A stretch of DNA of 64,000 bases from Candidatus Falkowbacteria bacterium (GTDB taxonomy: Bacteria; Patescibacteriota; Patescibacteriia; Patescibacteriales; UBA12465). Where the stretch lies: contig JBAXJX010000002.1 of the NCBI GenBank assembly GCA_037137655.1, positions 37,730 through 101,729 on the forward strand. Reading direction: 5' to 3'. Both the position numbers and the translations under genes were made by a program. Positions 1 through 8,966 of the stretch are shown here, in pieces (the first letter of the stretch is position 1; each line of letters begins with the position of its first letter). The notes beneath the pieces are model-generated. The model was not told the origin of the DNA, made no database searches, and saw only the letters and a program-made list of their open reading frames with translations.

Positions 1-1134
1 AAATTGGAAAAAATTGCCAATTTAACTAAGGACGAAGCAAAAAGCATCTTATTAAAAAATATTGAAGATCAATTTGCTGCCGATTTAGTTGCGCGCATTA
101 ACAAATTACAAAATAATGCTAATGACGATATCGATGAACAAGCTAAGAACTTGATTGCTAATGCAATGCAACGTATGGCATCATCTTATGCTCCAGAACT
201 TTCTACTACTACTATCGATCTACCAAGCGATGAAATGAAGGGACGCATCATCGGCCGTGAAGGTCGTAACATTAAGGCAATCGAACAAATGACCGGCGTG
301 GAAATCATCGTTGATGACACACCAAACGCTATCACCGTTTCTGGTTTTTCTTTAATTCGTCGTCACATTGCTAAAAAAGCCTTGGACTACTTAATTAAAG
401 ATGGTCGTATCCACCCAACCAAAATTGAAGATGCTGTGGAAAATGCTAAAAAAGAAATCTCACTTGATATTAAAAAGGCTGGTGAAGAAGCGATGTATGA
501 AGTTGGTGTTACTGGGTTTGATCCAAAATTAGTTCAAATTTTAGGTCGTCTAAAATATCGTACCAGTTATGGTCAAAATGCTTTACGCCACTCCATTGAA
601 GTTGCTCATTTTGCAGCCATGATCGCCGAGGAATTAAATCTTGACGTTACTCTTGCAAAAAAAGCTGGCTTATTACATGACATCGGTAAAGCTGTGGATC
701 ATGAAATTCAAGGTAATCACACTGAAATTGGTCGTGATATCGCCAAGAAATTCAACTTATCAGCTGATATTATCGCCCCAATTGAAAGTCATCATGAAGA
801 TATGCCAACAACTTTAATGTCAATTATTGTTAAAGTGGCTGATGCTATCTCCGCTGCTCGTCCAGGTGCTCGAAATGATAATCGTGAAAACTATCTACAA
901 CGTTTAGAGGAACTAGAAAAAATTGCTAACTCCTTTGATGGCGTAGAAAGAACTTATGCGATTCAAGCTGGTCGTGAAGTTCGTATCTTCGTTGAACCAA
1001 ATCAAATCGATGATCTAAAAGCACACAACTTAGCTGCCGCAATTGCACGTAAAGTTGAGGAGGAATTAAAATATCCAGGTGAAATCAAAGTCAATGTGAT
1101 CCGCGAAATGCGCGCCATTGAATATGCTCGCTAA
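1..1134 (+). CDS. rny: Ribonuclease Y, C-terminal ~376 aa (N-terminus lies upstream of the window)
   Basis: ORF is open to the window edge. KH motif GRIIGREGRNIKAIEQMTGVEIIVDD and HD domain (HSIEVAHFAAMIAEEL...LLHDIGKAVDHE) are present. Confidence 0.93.
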   Translation, partial: KLEKIANLTKDEAKSILLKNIEDQFAADLVARINKLQNNANDDIDEQAKNLIANAMQRMASSYAPELSTTTIDLPSDEMKGRIIGREGRNIKAIEQMTGVEIIVDDTPNAITVSGFSLIRRHIAKKALDYLIKDGRIHPTKIEDAVENAKKEISLDIKKAGEEAMYEVGVTGFDPKLVQILGRLKYRTSYGQNALRHSIEVAHFAAMIAEELNLDVTLAKKAGLLHDIGKAVDHEIQGNHTEIGRDIAKKFNLSADIIAPIESHHEDMPTTLMSIIVKVADAISAARPGARNDNRENYLQRLEELEKIANSFDGVERTYAIQAGREVRIFVEPNQIDDLKAHNLAAAIARKVEEELKYPGEIKVNVIREMRAIEYAR

Positions 1135-1161
1135 AAACAATTTACCTAATCTAAACAATCT

Positions 1162-1467
1162 ATGAATAAAGCAAAATTAATCGAAGTCCTAACTGAAAAA
1201 ATTAACACTCAAGCCAAGAAAGACGAAGAAAAAACTAATAAAAAGCAAATGGAGAAAATCATTGATGCTTTTGAAGATACTGTAATTAGTGAATTAAAAA
1301 ACGATCAAGAAGTAACTCTAGCTGGCTTTGGAACATTCACTTCTATGACTCGTTATGAACGTGGTGGTGTTAACCCAAGAAACCCAAAAGAACGCATTAC
1401 TATCCCAGCCGTGAAAGTTGCCAAGTTCCGCACTGGTAAAAAATTAAAAGATTCGTTAAAATCATAA
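1162..1467 (+). CDS. hup: HU-family DNA-binding protein
   Basis: 101 aa. Has the HU arm region GFGTFTSMTRYERGGVNPRNPKERITIPAVKVAKFRTGKKLKD. Confidence 0.9.
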   Translation: MNKAKLIEVLTEKINTQAKKDEEKTNKKQMEKIIDAFEDTVISELKNDQEVTLAGFGTFTSMTRYERGGVNPRNPKERITIPAVKVAKFRTGKKLKDSLKS

Positions 1468-1498
1468 ATATCCTTCAAGGCCAATTGGTCTTGGAAAA

Positions 1499-1572
1499 GC
1501 ACCTATAGCTCAACTGGATAGAGCGCTTGGCTTCGGACCAAGAGGTTGTGGGTTCAAATCCTGCTGGGTGCA
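1499..1572 (+). tRNA. tRNA-Arg (anticodon TCG)
   Basis: 74-nt cloverleaf read by eye. Acceptor GCACCTA/TGGGTGC, anticodon arm CTTGG-CTTCGGA-CCAAG, T-loop GGTTCAAATCC. Confidence 0.9.
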
Positions 1573-1580
1573 CTAAGTCT

Positions 1581-1609
1581 TTGACAAAATAAATAAATTG
1601 GTTTATCTT
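1581..1609 (+). promoter_or_regulatory. sigma70-like promoter upstream of tRNA-Met
   Basis: TTGACA (1581-1586), 17-nt spacer, TATCTT (1604-1609), about 25 nt before the tRNA. Confidence 0.5.
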
Positions 1610-1633
1610 AAATATGTCGATTTATGTTATTAT

Positions 1634-1707
1634 GGCTGGGTAGCTCAGTTGGTTAGAGCGTAGCACTCATAACGCTAAGGTCGAGAGTTCGAGCCTCTCT
1701 TCAGCCA
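1634..1707 (+). tRNA. tRNA with CAT anticodon (elongator Met, or Ile2 if lysidine-modified)
   Basis: 74-nt cloverleaf with D arm GCTC-AGTTGGTTA-GAGC, anticodon loop CTCATAA and T arm GAGAG-TTCGAGC-CTCTC. Base pair 1:72 is normal, so it is not the initiator. Confidence 0.85.
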
Positions 1708-1760
1708 CATATAACTTTTACAGCTTTTCGAGCTGCAACAGTTAAATACAATTAAATAGC

Positions 1761-1832
1761 GCGCTGTTAGCTCAGCGGTAGAGCAGATCCCTCTTAAGGA
1801 TAAGGTCGAAGGTTCGAATCCTTCACGGCGCA
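1761..1832 (+). tRNA. tRNA-Lys (anticodon CTT)
   Basis: Acceptor GCGCTGT/ACGGCGC, anticodon loop CTCTTAA, T-loop GGTTCGAATCC. Confidence 0.9.
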
Positions 1833-1840
1833 CACACAAA

Positions 1841-1866
1841 AAACAGGTTAAAAGCCTGTTTTTTAT
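1841..1866 (+). terminator. Intrinsic terminator after the tRNA cluster
   Basis: Hairpin AAACAGG-ttaaaag-CCTGTTT followed by a T-run. Confidence 0.7.
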
Positions 1867-1873
1867 TATGATA

Positions 1874-1902
1874 TTGACTTTTTAGAGGTATTATGATAAT
1901 CT
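1874..1902 (+). promoter_or_regulatory. Promoter for the 1949 ORF
   Basis: TTGACT (1874-1879), 17-nt spacer ending in TGA, TAATCT (1897-1902). Confidence 0.45.
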
Positions 1903-1948
1903 AATTAATCAATGCAATTTAACAACATAAACCATAAATACTTCAGTC

Positions 1949-2362
1949 ATGAAAAAGTTTATTCTAATTACAATATTGGCCTCATTCTTGACGCCAAGCT
2001 TTGCTCAAAACCAAAGCAATATTGATGATCGATTATCAATAGTTATTCTAAACACAATTTATGGACCAGCCGAATCCTTACAAAAAATAATTAGCAATAC
2101 TGCAAAATTATTAAAGTGTCGGGAGCTTGCCATACAAAAAAAAGACTTAAGAACAATTAAAAGCATCGACTCTAATTTAAGAATTAGTATTCCAATCTTC
2201 TTAAAACAAATGGATTCTTATCTTATTAGTCTTCAAGCTAACAACATGGCTCCATTTTATCAGTATTTAAGTCCAGATGACTCAATATCAATTGATAAAA
2301 TCAGACAGACAATAAGTTGCGCCAAGCAAGAATATCAACTTACGCTGACCGACTTAAAATAG
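1949..2362 (+). CDS. Hypothetical secreted protein (137 aa)
   Basis: ATG start with signal-peptide-like N-terminus MKKFILITILASFLTPSFA. It has its own promoter and terminator. No recognisable domain. Confidence 0.6.
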   Translation: MKKFILITILASFLTPSFAQNQSNIDDRLSIVILNTIYGPAESLQKIISNTAKLLKCRELAIQKKDLRTIKSIDSNLRISIPIFLKQMDSYLISLQANNMAPFYQYLSPDDSISIDKIRQTISCAKQEYQLTLTDLK

Positions 2363-2381
2363 ATCGAGTATTTAAAATTCT

Positions 2382-2416
2382 AAGCCCTGAAAAAATATTA
2401 TTCAGGGCTTTTTTAT
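2382..2416 (+). terminator. Intrinsic terminator
   Basis: AAGCCCTGA-loop-TCAGGGCTT followed by TTTTTATTT. Confidence 0.75.
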
Positions 2417-2430
2417 TTAGCAAAACATAT

Positions 2431-2459
2431 TTGACATTATAAAAATAAACTTATAAACT
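2431..2459 (+). promoter_or_regulatory. Promoter firing into ORF-free DNA
   Basis: TTGACA (2431-2436), 17-nt spacer, TAAACT (2454-2459). Confidence 0.5.
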
Positions 2460-2465
2460 ATCTAA

Positions 2466-2897
2466 AGTTCATTAATAAATATTACTAGCTAGTTCAATTC
2501 ACGGAGTTATAAACCTTTAAAATTAAGTTGATGAAAAGACGTTCTGATCACAACAAAGGATCTACTATTATTTCCTAAAAAAATTAAAACAAAACTACCG
2601 GACATTTGTCCAATTTCTCAATTAACTTATTGTTTTATTTAAATTTTTTTACAATGAAAAAGCACCTTATAATTCGACTGTGTAGCTTAAGCAGCACAAC
2701 CAACAAAAAAAGCGAAATGATTATGGCAAAAACGTAAATTGGTGAAAAATGAAGCTTCGAAGTGAGCTAAATAAAGGATCTCCATTTTGGAATCTAAGCT
2801 CAAAAAACAAAAAGTAATAAAAAAACAATCTAAATGGTAAAATTTTACCAAAAAATACTCTCCACCCCTAATTTTATAAAAAATTAGGGGTTTTTTA
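2466..2897 (+). ncRNA. Candidate non-coding transcription unit (~430 nt), related to the island leader at 31839-32184
   Basis: Bounded by the promoter at 2431-2459 and a strong terminator (CCCCTAATT/AATTAGGGG plus T-run, 2865-2897). No ORF of 60 codons or more on either strand. Contains several local hairpins and sequence blocks shared with 31843-32169. Confidence 0.35.
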
Positions 2898-2935
2898 TTT
2901 ACCTAAAATTAGCTTATTTTAGTCATTACTACCCC

Positions 2936-2964
2936 TTGACGGCTTTATTCAGATGTGTTATTAT
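2936..2964 (+). promoter_or_regulatory. Promoter for the 2998 ORF
   Basis: TTGACG (2936-2941), 17-nt spacer ending in TGT (extended -10), TATTAT (2959-2964). Confidence 0.6.
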
Positions 2965-2997
2965 CACTACCTATAGTTACTTAAAAATTAAATACAC

Positions 2998-3513
2998 ATG
3001 GAAAAGAAAAAAAGACGAATGGACCTTATGGGGCGTTTGGCTAAATTTTTACTAGAAAAAGATTTAGAGCCTCACAGTAAAAAATTTGAAATTAGCGTGT
3101 TAACAACCTTAAAATTAGTAATCGAAGACACACCGGAATTCGGTCGAATTCTGGTTTCTCTTACCTTTTATGATCGAAAGGCGAAAAACATGAACACTAA
3201 CACTGATTGCGCCAATCTATTGTCAATCGTTAAAGACGGTATGTTTTCTTCTGGTAATATCCATATTCATGGACACCGTCAATTAAAGGATAAAGTCTTT
3301 GACATTATCAATAAGACCGTTAGATATAATGGTCGAGATTATGGACACGAAGAAGATGTTATTGCTTTATGGAAAATGGTTGGTGAAAAAATTGCCAAGA
3401 CAATCTTAGATGAGACTACAAACAAAAAAATGGGTCACAAAAAAAATGACGACACCATTGAGCTTGTAGAGATTAAACAAAAACAACTAGCTACAGCACC
3501 AAGCCATAGCTAA
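2998..3513 (+). CDS. Hypothetical protein (171 aa)
   Basis: ATG start, own promoter, bidirectional terminator downstream. No recognisable domain. Confidence 0.6.
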   Translation: MEKKKRRMDLMGRLAKFLLEKDLEPHSKKFEISVLTTLKLVIEDTPEFGRILVSLTFYDRKAKNMNTNTDCANLLSIVKDGMFSSGNIHIHGHRQLKDKVFDIINKTVRYNGRDYGHEEDVIALWKMVGEKIAKTILDETTNKKMGHKKNDDTIELVEIKQKQLATAPSHS

Positions 3514-3521
3514 AAACAAAC

Positions 3522-3551
3522 AAAAAGGGATTCAAACGAATCCCTTTTTTT
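3522..3551. terminator. Bidirectional terminator shared by the 2998 ORF and recA
   Basis: GGGATTC-aaac-GAATCCC flanked by an A-run and a T-run, lying between convergent genes. Confidence 0.7.
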
Positions 3552-3568
3552 ATTTATCTATTTTTTTA

Positions 3569-4654
3569 TTATGCCACTTTTACATCAGGCATATTAATTT
3601 TATCCATAATCATCTTTCTAACACGAGCCATCAATTTAGCGTCATCTTTCAAGAACTGTTTAGCAGTTTCCCGTCCAACTCCAAGTTTTAAATCACCCAT
3701 AGTGTAGGAAGCGCCAGACTTTTTAACAATGCCGTGTTCAACAGCAAGATCTAATAAATCACCGGCAATGGAAATACCCTCATTATACATGATATCAAAT
3801 TCAGCTGTTTTAAACGGCGCCGCTACCTTGTTTTTGACAATCTTAGCTTTCACCCGATTACCAATAATCTTTTCGCCTTGTTTAAGTTGAGCGGCTCGAC
3901 GAACTTCCACGCGCACTGAACAGTAAAACTTCAAAGCATTACCGCCAGTGGTTGTTTCAGGACTACCAAAGAACACCCCAATTTTATTTCTAATCTGATT
4001 AATAAAAATAACAATCGTATTGGTCTTGGAAACGATACCGGTTAATTTACGTAGAGCTTGACTCATCAAACGAGCTTGCAAGCCCATGTGCTGATCGCCC
4101 ATATCGCCCTCAATTTCCTTCTGTGGCACTAAAGCGGCCACGGAATCGATAACTACCACATCAACCGCATTAGAACGCACCAGCGTCTCTACAATCTCTA
4201 AGGCTTGTTCACCTGTGTCAGGCTGTGAAATTAATAAATCCTTAATATTCACACCGATCTTTTGAGCATAATCTGGATCCAAAGCATGCTCCGCATCCAC
4301 GAAGGCGGCAATACCACCCAATTTTTGTACTTCAGCCACAATATGTTGAGCTAAAGTTGTTTTACCAGATGATTCTGGTCCAAAAATCTCAATAATGCGA
4401 CCCCGAGGTACACCGCCAATACCAAAAGCAAGGTCTAATGATAAACATCCAGTGGAAACCGCATCGACATCAGTCTTGCGAGCATCACCAAATTTCATAA
4501 TTGAACCTTCACCAAATTTACTTCTAATTTGACTCATAGCTTCGGAAGCCGCCTCTTGTTTCTTGGCCGACTCCTTGTCCTTAGCGATAGTGTCCTTGTC
4601 TTTAACAACAAGCTCTTTAACACTCTCTGGAATCACTTTTTTCTCCTTCTCCAT
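3569..4654 (-). CDS. recA: Recombinase RecA
   Basis: Walker [11 protein letters not shown], then [10 protein letters not shown] and [13 protein letters not shown]. The track ORF begins at a TTG (4684); the ATG at 4654 (MEKEKKV) is the likelier start. Confidence 0.95.
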   Translation of the reverse strand: MEKEKKVIPESVKELVVKDKDTIAKDKESAKKQEAASEAMSQIRSKFGEGSIMKFGDARKTDVDAVSTGCLSLDLAFGIGGVPRGRIIEIFGPESSGKTTLAQHIVAEVQKLGGIAAFVDAEHALDPDYAQKIGVNIKDLLISQPDTGEQALEIVETLVRSNAVDVVVIDSVAALVPQKEIEGDMGDQHMGLQARLMSQALRKLTGIVSKTNTIVIFINQIRNKIGVFFGSPETTTGGNALKFYCSVRVEVRRAAQLKQGEKIIGNRVKAKIVKNKVAAPFKTAEFDIMYNEGISIAGDLLDLAVEHGIVKKSGASYTMGDLKLGVGRETAKQFLKDDAKLMARVRKMIMDKINMPDVKVA

Positions 4655-4789
4655 ATCTTTTAAAAGCGCCGTCAAACCGTACAAATATGATAGGCACTTT
4701 ATTGTTAATTAATTAATCTTGCTTATAAATTATAATAACAAAACTAATTAAAAATTATTTAAAAAAATAATTATCAAAAAATAAACCCT

Positions 4790-7700
4790 TTATTTACAGT
4801 TTCCATCACTACCTAGGGTAGAAGTAGCAACTCCATTACAACAAGATGGGTTATTGTTTTTATCCACACCACAATTAGCGGCAGCCGAAGTTGGGCCAGC
4901 TGATGGTTTAAAACAATTTTGGTAAATATCATTAACACCTGATCCGACTTGAGCCTCATATTTAAGACCTTCACCGAAAGCGGAATGTTTAATAAAACTA
5001 ATTGTCACACTTGGCGTAGTTGGATGATCGGTCGAGGTCGCATTATTACTTTCAATCCAATAACCGATCGGGTTGGCGCCAACAAAATTAACTAAGTGAT
5101 GATTAGCAATAGTATTACCATTATCAACTGGGGCAATACCACTTTTCAAAGTATCGGCGGATATCAATTTGTTGAAACGAATGGCCACTGGTGCACTCGT
5201 ATTAGTTGAAGCGTCACTTTGACTAATATATTCTATCACAGGTGACGTAATATCCATAACATCACTGGTATAAAAAGAAAATCCGTAATTATCACCAGTT
5301 GGATTTTTCCAATAATCTACACCATGATTAGTACTAGGATCATAAATAATCCTAGGATCACATTTACTAATATTGATTGCATTTTTAAAGATTGGAATAA
5401 CTGAACCACCAAAACTGTTCATATAAACAGCATCAACGCCGCAATAATAACCACCATAGAATTCACCATCATTCTCGTCTAATATCCAAGAGGCACCAGT
5501 ATGATCATCAAAAATTGCACCAGAAAGATTTAACGCCTTAGCAATATAGCCCTCGCGATTTGTACATGCAGAAATAGAACTACAACCACAAGAAGAACAA
5601 TAGCTTCCAGTAATCTCACCTAAAGTACTATTGGTCGAAATTCTTTTAGTAACCGCATTTTCTAAAAACTGATTATAAGCATCATTAAAAATCTTATCAT
5701 TTTCACTGTACGTATCATTTGCAGAACCAGAATAAAGCCACGGACCATCAGCCCCACCATCACGATTACCATCAAGTGAATTCATCGCCAAATCCATTAC
5801 GCCGCGAGCAATGCCATAAAATGGATCACTTAAATTAGCAGTTGGATAATTATTACCACTACCATCTTGGCAAAAAGCTAGATCAGATGGTATGCCACCA
5901 CGATTCGGTCGACCATAACCACATTTAGAAAATGGGGCTTTTGTAGCGCAATCAGAATCAGTGTTACACGTATTAAGTGGCGCAGCATCAACCTCAACTG
6001 TGACATGACTATTACCAGGCAAACAATAAATTACACCGCCACAAGCATTAACGCCGCACTGAGCGTTAGAAGAAAACTCAACCGTCTTATATCCATTAGA
6101 CAATGTAAACTTACCTGGAATAATATTTCCAGACGAATCCAAAACCTTAATTGTTTTAGCAATATTAGAAGCCGCACCAGTAATCGTTCCAGCTACAGTC
6201 ATTGGATTAATCGGTTCGGAAAAATTAATTTGAATTTTAGAGTTACGTGGGACATCAAGCACGCCGCTTGCTGAAGTTCTGGTGCTGCCACCATCAACAC
6301 CACCATGCATAACACCAACAGAAATAGCCCCTAAATCGCTTGAGGCCAAAACTAAACTATTAGCATTAAGACCTAAGGCCACAGAAGTAATACTAACAGT
6401 GTTACCACTAAGGCTTGTTAAAATATCATTGCGATGACCTAAAACATTTTCAATTTCACTAGCTTGCGCAGCTGCGCCAGATTTTAACTGAATTTTGTAA
6501 CCCACCGATGGCTCAGTGCTAAAAGTATAAGTATCTGAACCAACAGAAATTGAATCAGGTAATATTTGATCACTAGCACTAATAGTCCATCTATTGCCAG
6601 CCGAGAAAGTAGTGCTGGTTTTTAAATTTATATATCCTGGAAAATCAACTTCATCACCACTCACATCAACCACGGCCAAAGAATTATTAGCATTATCTGA
6701 TAATTGCGCCTTAGTTCCAAGTGCTACAATATTAACTACAAAACTAGTCACCGATCCAGAATAGCTCGGATCAATTGTTGCTGTCGCAGCCGGAGAACTA
6801 ACCGCATTAATTGCAGTGATCTTTGCCGGTGCGTAAGCATTTAAATTAGCACCGGTAACAGTGAACGATCCGGTAGCTGGAGTTGATACGACCGTCTTAA
6901 CGCTATCCTGATCGTTGTCTGGTCCAGGAAAAATACTAACGATCGTTGGCGGTGTTAAATCTAATTTGGTACTAACCTCAAATTGCCATTTTAAATATTG
7001 TGGCGCACATGTTGCAAACATCGAAGTTTTGCCATCAGCTTTTTTAACGCCATCAGAAAAATTAATTGTATAACTAGTATTGGATGTAGGGTTGCCTAAA
7101 TATTCTTTTGGAGTAAATAATAGGGTTGTTGTGGCTGCGTCAGCCACGGTTACTTTAACATCAGTAATATTAGTAGCGGCTTTATCGCCCACACTACTTT
7201 CATATAAAGCAACGTTTGGATTAAGTTTAGTACAGGCCGGAGCGTCAGTACAGATTGTATTAATATCTACCGGTTCTTTAAATGTTACAATTAAAGAAGT
7301 ATTGCGTGGAACATCAGTTTGGTTGGGAGTTGGATAAACACTTTGCACCGTACAAGAACCAATAGCGCCAAAACCACCACCCGCCTCAAAACCACTTTTA
7401 TTAACTCCACCTTGACTAGTGCCGCCAGTCGCCGCCAAAAAACGACTAAGAATAAAAGAGACAATTCCCCAGGCCGCCAAAATAATCGCCAAGCCAATTG
7501 CCGCATTTTTTAAAATATTTTTAGCTTCAACAATTTTATCCTCATTGCCCTCCGAAGTCATCCATTTAAAACCACCTAATAAAATTAGCCCAACAGCAAT
7601 CGTTGCCAATAGACCTAAGAAGATATTTATAATAAGTGTTGCAACCGTAATCGGATTAGTAGAGCTTAGTGCAATCGTATTACCAATAACATTAGCACCG

Positions 7701-7792
7701 GTATCAACTTGCGCTGAGGCCGCTTGAGCTCCAAATAAAAAAACTGCCATTAGTAAAAAGGCTAAAAAATTGTGGCTTAATCTTTTCTTCAT
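4790..7792 (-). CDS. Giant surface protein (1000 aa): pilin-like N-terminus, repeated Ig-like modules, Cys-rich C-terminus
   Basis: Signal peptide plus two hydrophobic helices, a TrbC/VirB2-pilin-like layout. Repeated SbsA-Ig-like motifs (DVPRNTSLIVTFKEPVD, DVPRNSKIQINFSEPINPMTV, SAPVAIRFNKLISADTL). Many Cys residues toward the C-terminus. Confidence 0.85.
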   Translation of the reverse strand: MKKRLSHNFLAFLLMAVFLFGAQAASAQVDTGANVIGNTIALSSTNPITVATLIINIFLGLLATIAVGLILLGGFKWMTSEGNEDKIVEAKNILKNAAIGLAIILAAWGIVSFILSRFLAATGGTSQGGVNKSGFEAGGGFGAIGSCTVQSVYPTPNQTDVPRNTSLIVTFKEPVDINTICTDAPACTKLNPNVALYESSVGDKAATNITDVKVTVADAATTTLLFTPKEYLGNPTSNTSYTINFSDGVKKADGKTSMFATCAPQYLKWQFEVSTKLDLTPPTIVSIFPGPDNDQDSVKTVVSTPATGSFTVTGANLNAYAPAKITAINAVSSPAATATIDPSYSGSVTSFVVNIVALGTKAQLSDNANNSLAVVDVSGDEVDFPGYINLKTSTTFSAGNRWTISASDQILPDSISVGSDTYTFSTEPSVGYKIQLKSGAAAQASEIENVLGHRNDILTSLSGNTVSITSVALGLNANSLVLASSDLGAISVGVMHGGVDGGSTRTSASGVLDVPRNSKIQINFSEPINPMTVAGTITGAASNIAKTIKVLDSSGNIIPGKFTLSNGYKTVEFSSNAQCGVNACGGVIYCLPGNSHVTVEVDAAPLNTCNTDSDCATKAPFSKCGYGRPNRGGIPSDLAFCQDGSGNNYPTANLSDPFYGIARGVMDLAMNSLDGNRDGGADGPWLYSGSANDTYSENDKIFNDAYNQFLENAVTKRISTNSTLGEITGSYCSSCGCSSISACTNREGYIAKALNLSGAIFDDHTGASWILDENDGEFYGGYYCGVDAVYMNSFGGSVIPIFKNAINISKCDPRIIYDPSTNHGVDYWKNPTGDNYGFSFYTSDVMDITSPVIEYISQSDASTNTSAPVAIRFNKLISADTLKSGIAPVDNGNTIANHHLVNFVGANPIGYWIESNNATSTDHPTTPSVTISFIKHSAFGEGLKYEAQVGSGVNDIYQNCFKPSAGPTSAAANCGVDKNNNPSCCNGVATSTLGSDGNCK

Positions 7793-7882
7793 AGCAATTA
7801 ATAATTACTTTATATTATTTTTATTATATCACAAAAAGCGAAAATAAAGAAAGACTAATTTGTTTAAAAATTAGTCTTTCTT

Positions 7883-8179
7883 TTAGGGTTTTGCTTGATA
7901 AATTTTTTGCAAAGAGTTTAAATCGCTTCCAGCATTACTTTTAATGCTTTCCACTGTCTTTTGTGGATCAAATTTAAAACCCAGACCTTGTAATATTTCC
8001 ACTGGACTTCGACTAATGTAATCCCAAATATCGAAACGATTATAAAAAATTTTTGTGGCCACGCTACCAACAACCGGGATTTTACTAAAATCACGATCAG
8101 TTATATTTTTTTGACCAAACCAATAAACACAAAATAATGTTAAGCCCAAAAACAAGGCAATTGTTAAAAATGATTTCAT
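7883..8179 (-). CDS. Small membrane-anchored hypothetical protein
   Basis: The ATG at 8179 (MKSFLTIALFLGLTLFCVYWF) lies just after the stop of the upstream gene. The longer track ORF (to 8269) would overlap that gene. Confidence 0.55.
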   Translation of the reverse strand: MKSFLTIALFLGLTLFCVYWFGQKNITDRDFSKIPVVGSVATKIFYNRFDIWDYISRSPVEILQGLGFKFDPQKTVESIKSNAGSDLNSLQKIYQAKP

Positions 8180-8183
8180 AAAA

Positions 8184-8918
8184 TTACAAGTGTAACTTAG
8201 CGGCCAAGTCCGACTCCGCCAAACTATTAATTCCAATAGCTTCCGCGGCTGGAATTTCAAAACTACCAATACTTATACCGTCTTCCACGGCCATTTTAAT
8301 CATGTCAGTTAAATAATATTCTTTTTGCACGTTTAAATTTTTTAATCGACCAATATTAGCTTTCACCCAATCGGAATTAAAAGAAAATATTGCCGGATTA
8401 ACTTCTAAAACTTCTTTACTTTTATCGTCCGCATCTTTAAATTCAATAATTTCTGTAATTTTTTTAGCATCACGGATAACACGCCCCCAGTGATAAAAAA
8501 TTTCTCTCCAATCCGAAAAGTCTGTGATTTTAACAGTCAACATCGCCACTTCATTATCAACCAAAGCCGCAATACCAGCAATTGTAGATGAGCTAATAAA
8601 CGGATGATCCCCGTAAAGAACTATTAATCGTGTCGATTCGCTAATCTCGGGCAAAGCATAAGATAAAGCATGGCCTGTGCCTAATTGTTTTTCTTGAATA
8701 ACATAATCACAATCAAATTCAGACAAAGCTGCTTTAATAATATTAATGTTTTCCGGGGAGACAACGAGCAGTGGGCACTCATCAACACCTGATTCTTTAA
8801 TACTATTAAGTAAGCGACAAATCATCGGACGGCCGCCAAAATTATGCAACACCTTCGGCAAATCTGATTGCATGCGTGTGCCTTTTCCGGCCGCCAAAAT
8901 TACAATTCTGTTTTTCAT
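8184..8918 (-). CDS. Sugar-1-phosphate nucleotidyltransferase, GlmU N-terminal-domain-like (no acetyltransferase domain)
   Basis: Signature LAAGKGTRMQSDLPKVLH at the N-terminus. Only 244 aa. Confidence 0.85.
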   Translation of the reverse strand: MKNRIVILAAGKGTRMQSDLPKVLHNFGGRPMICRLLNSIKESGVDECPLLVVSPENINIIKAALSEFDCDYVIQEKQLGTGHALSYALPEISESTRLIVLYGDHPFISSSTIAGIAALVDNEVAMLTVKITDFSDWREIFYHWGRVIRDAKKITEIIEFKDADDKSKEVLEVNPAIFSFNSDWVKANIGRLKNLNVQKEYYLTDMIKMAVEDGISIGSFEIPAAEAIGINSLAESDLAAKLHL

Positions 8919-8966
8919 AAATATTCCAAAAAAGAGGTTGCCCTCTTTTTTTAAAAAAAATATAAT

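Noticed and set aside
4655-4684. N-terminal extensions in track ORFs: recA to 4684, 7883 ORF to 8269, nusB to 11434, smpB to 28191, TrmB to 30497, 40215 ORF to 41663, kinase to 44472
   Set aside because: The extended versions start at TTG or GTG, or overlap the upstream gene or promoter. Internal ATGs give canonical protein N-termini or signal peptides and remove the overlaps.
6005-7727. Track ORFs 6005-6274, 7080-7337, 7291-7506, 7319-7513 and 7419-7727, which overlap the 1000-aa surface-protein gene
   Set aside because: They lie antisense to, or out of frame within, a long well-supported ORF. Their products are low-complexity or repetitive and they have no independent start signals. The same reasoning applies to the short overlapping ORFs inside ftsH, rpsA, rnj, hppA, nusA, polA, the pilin genes and others.
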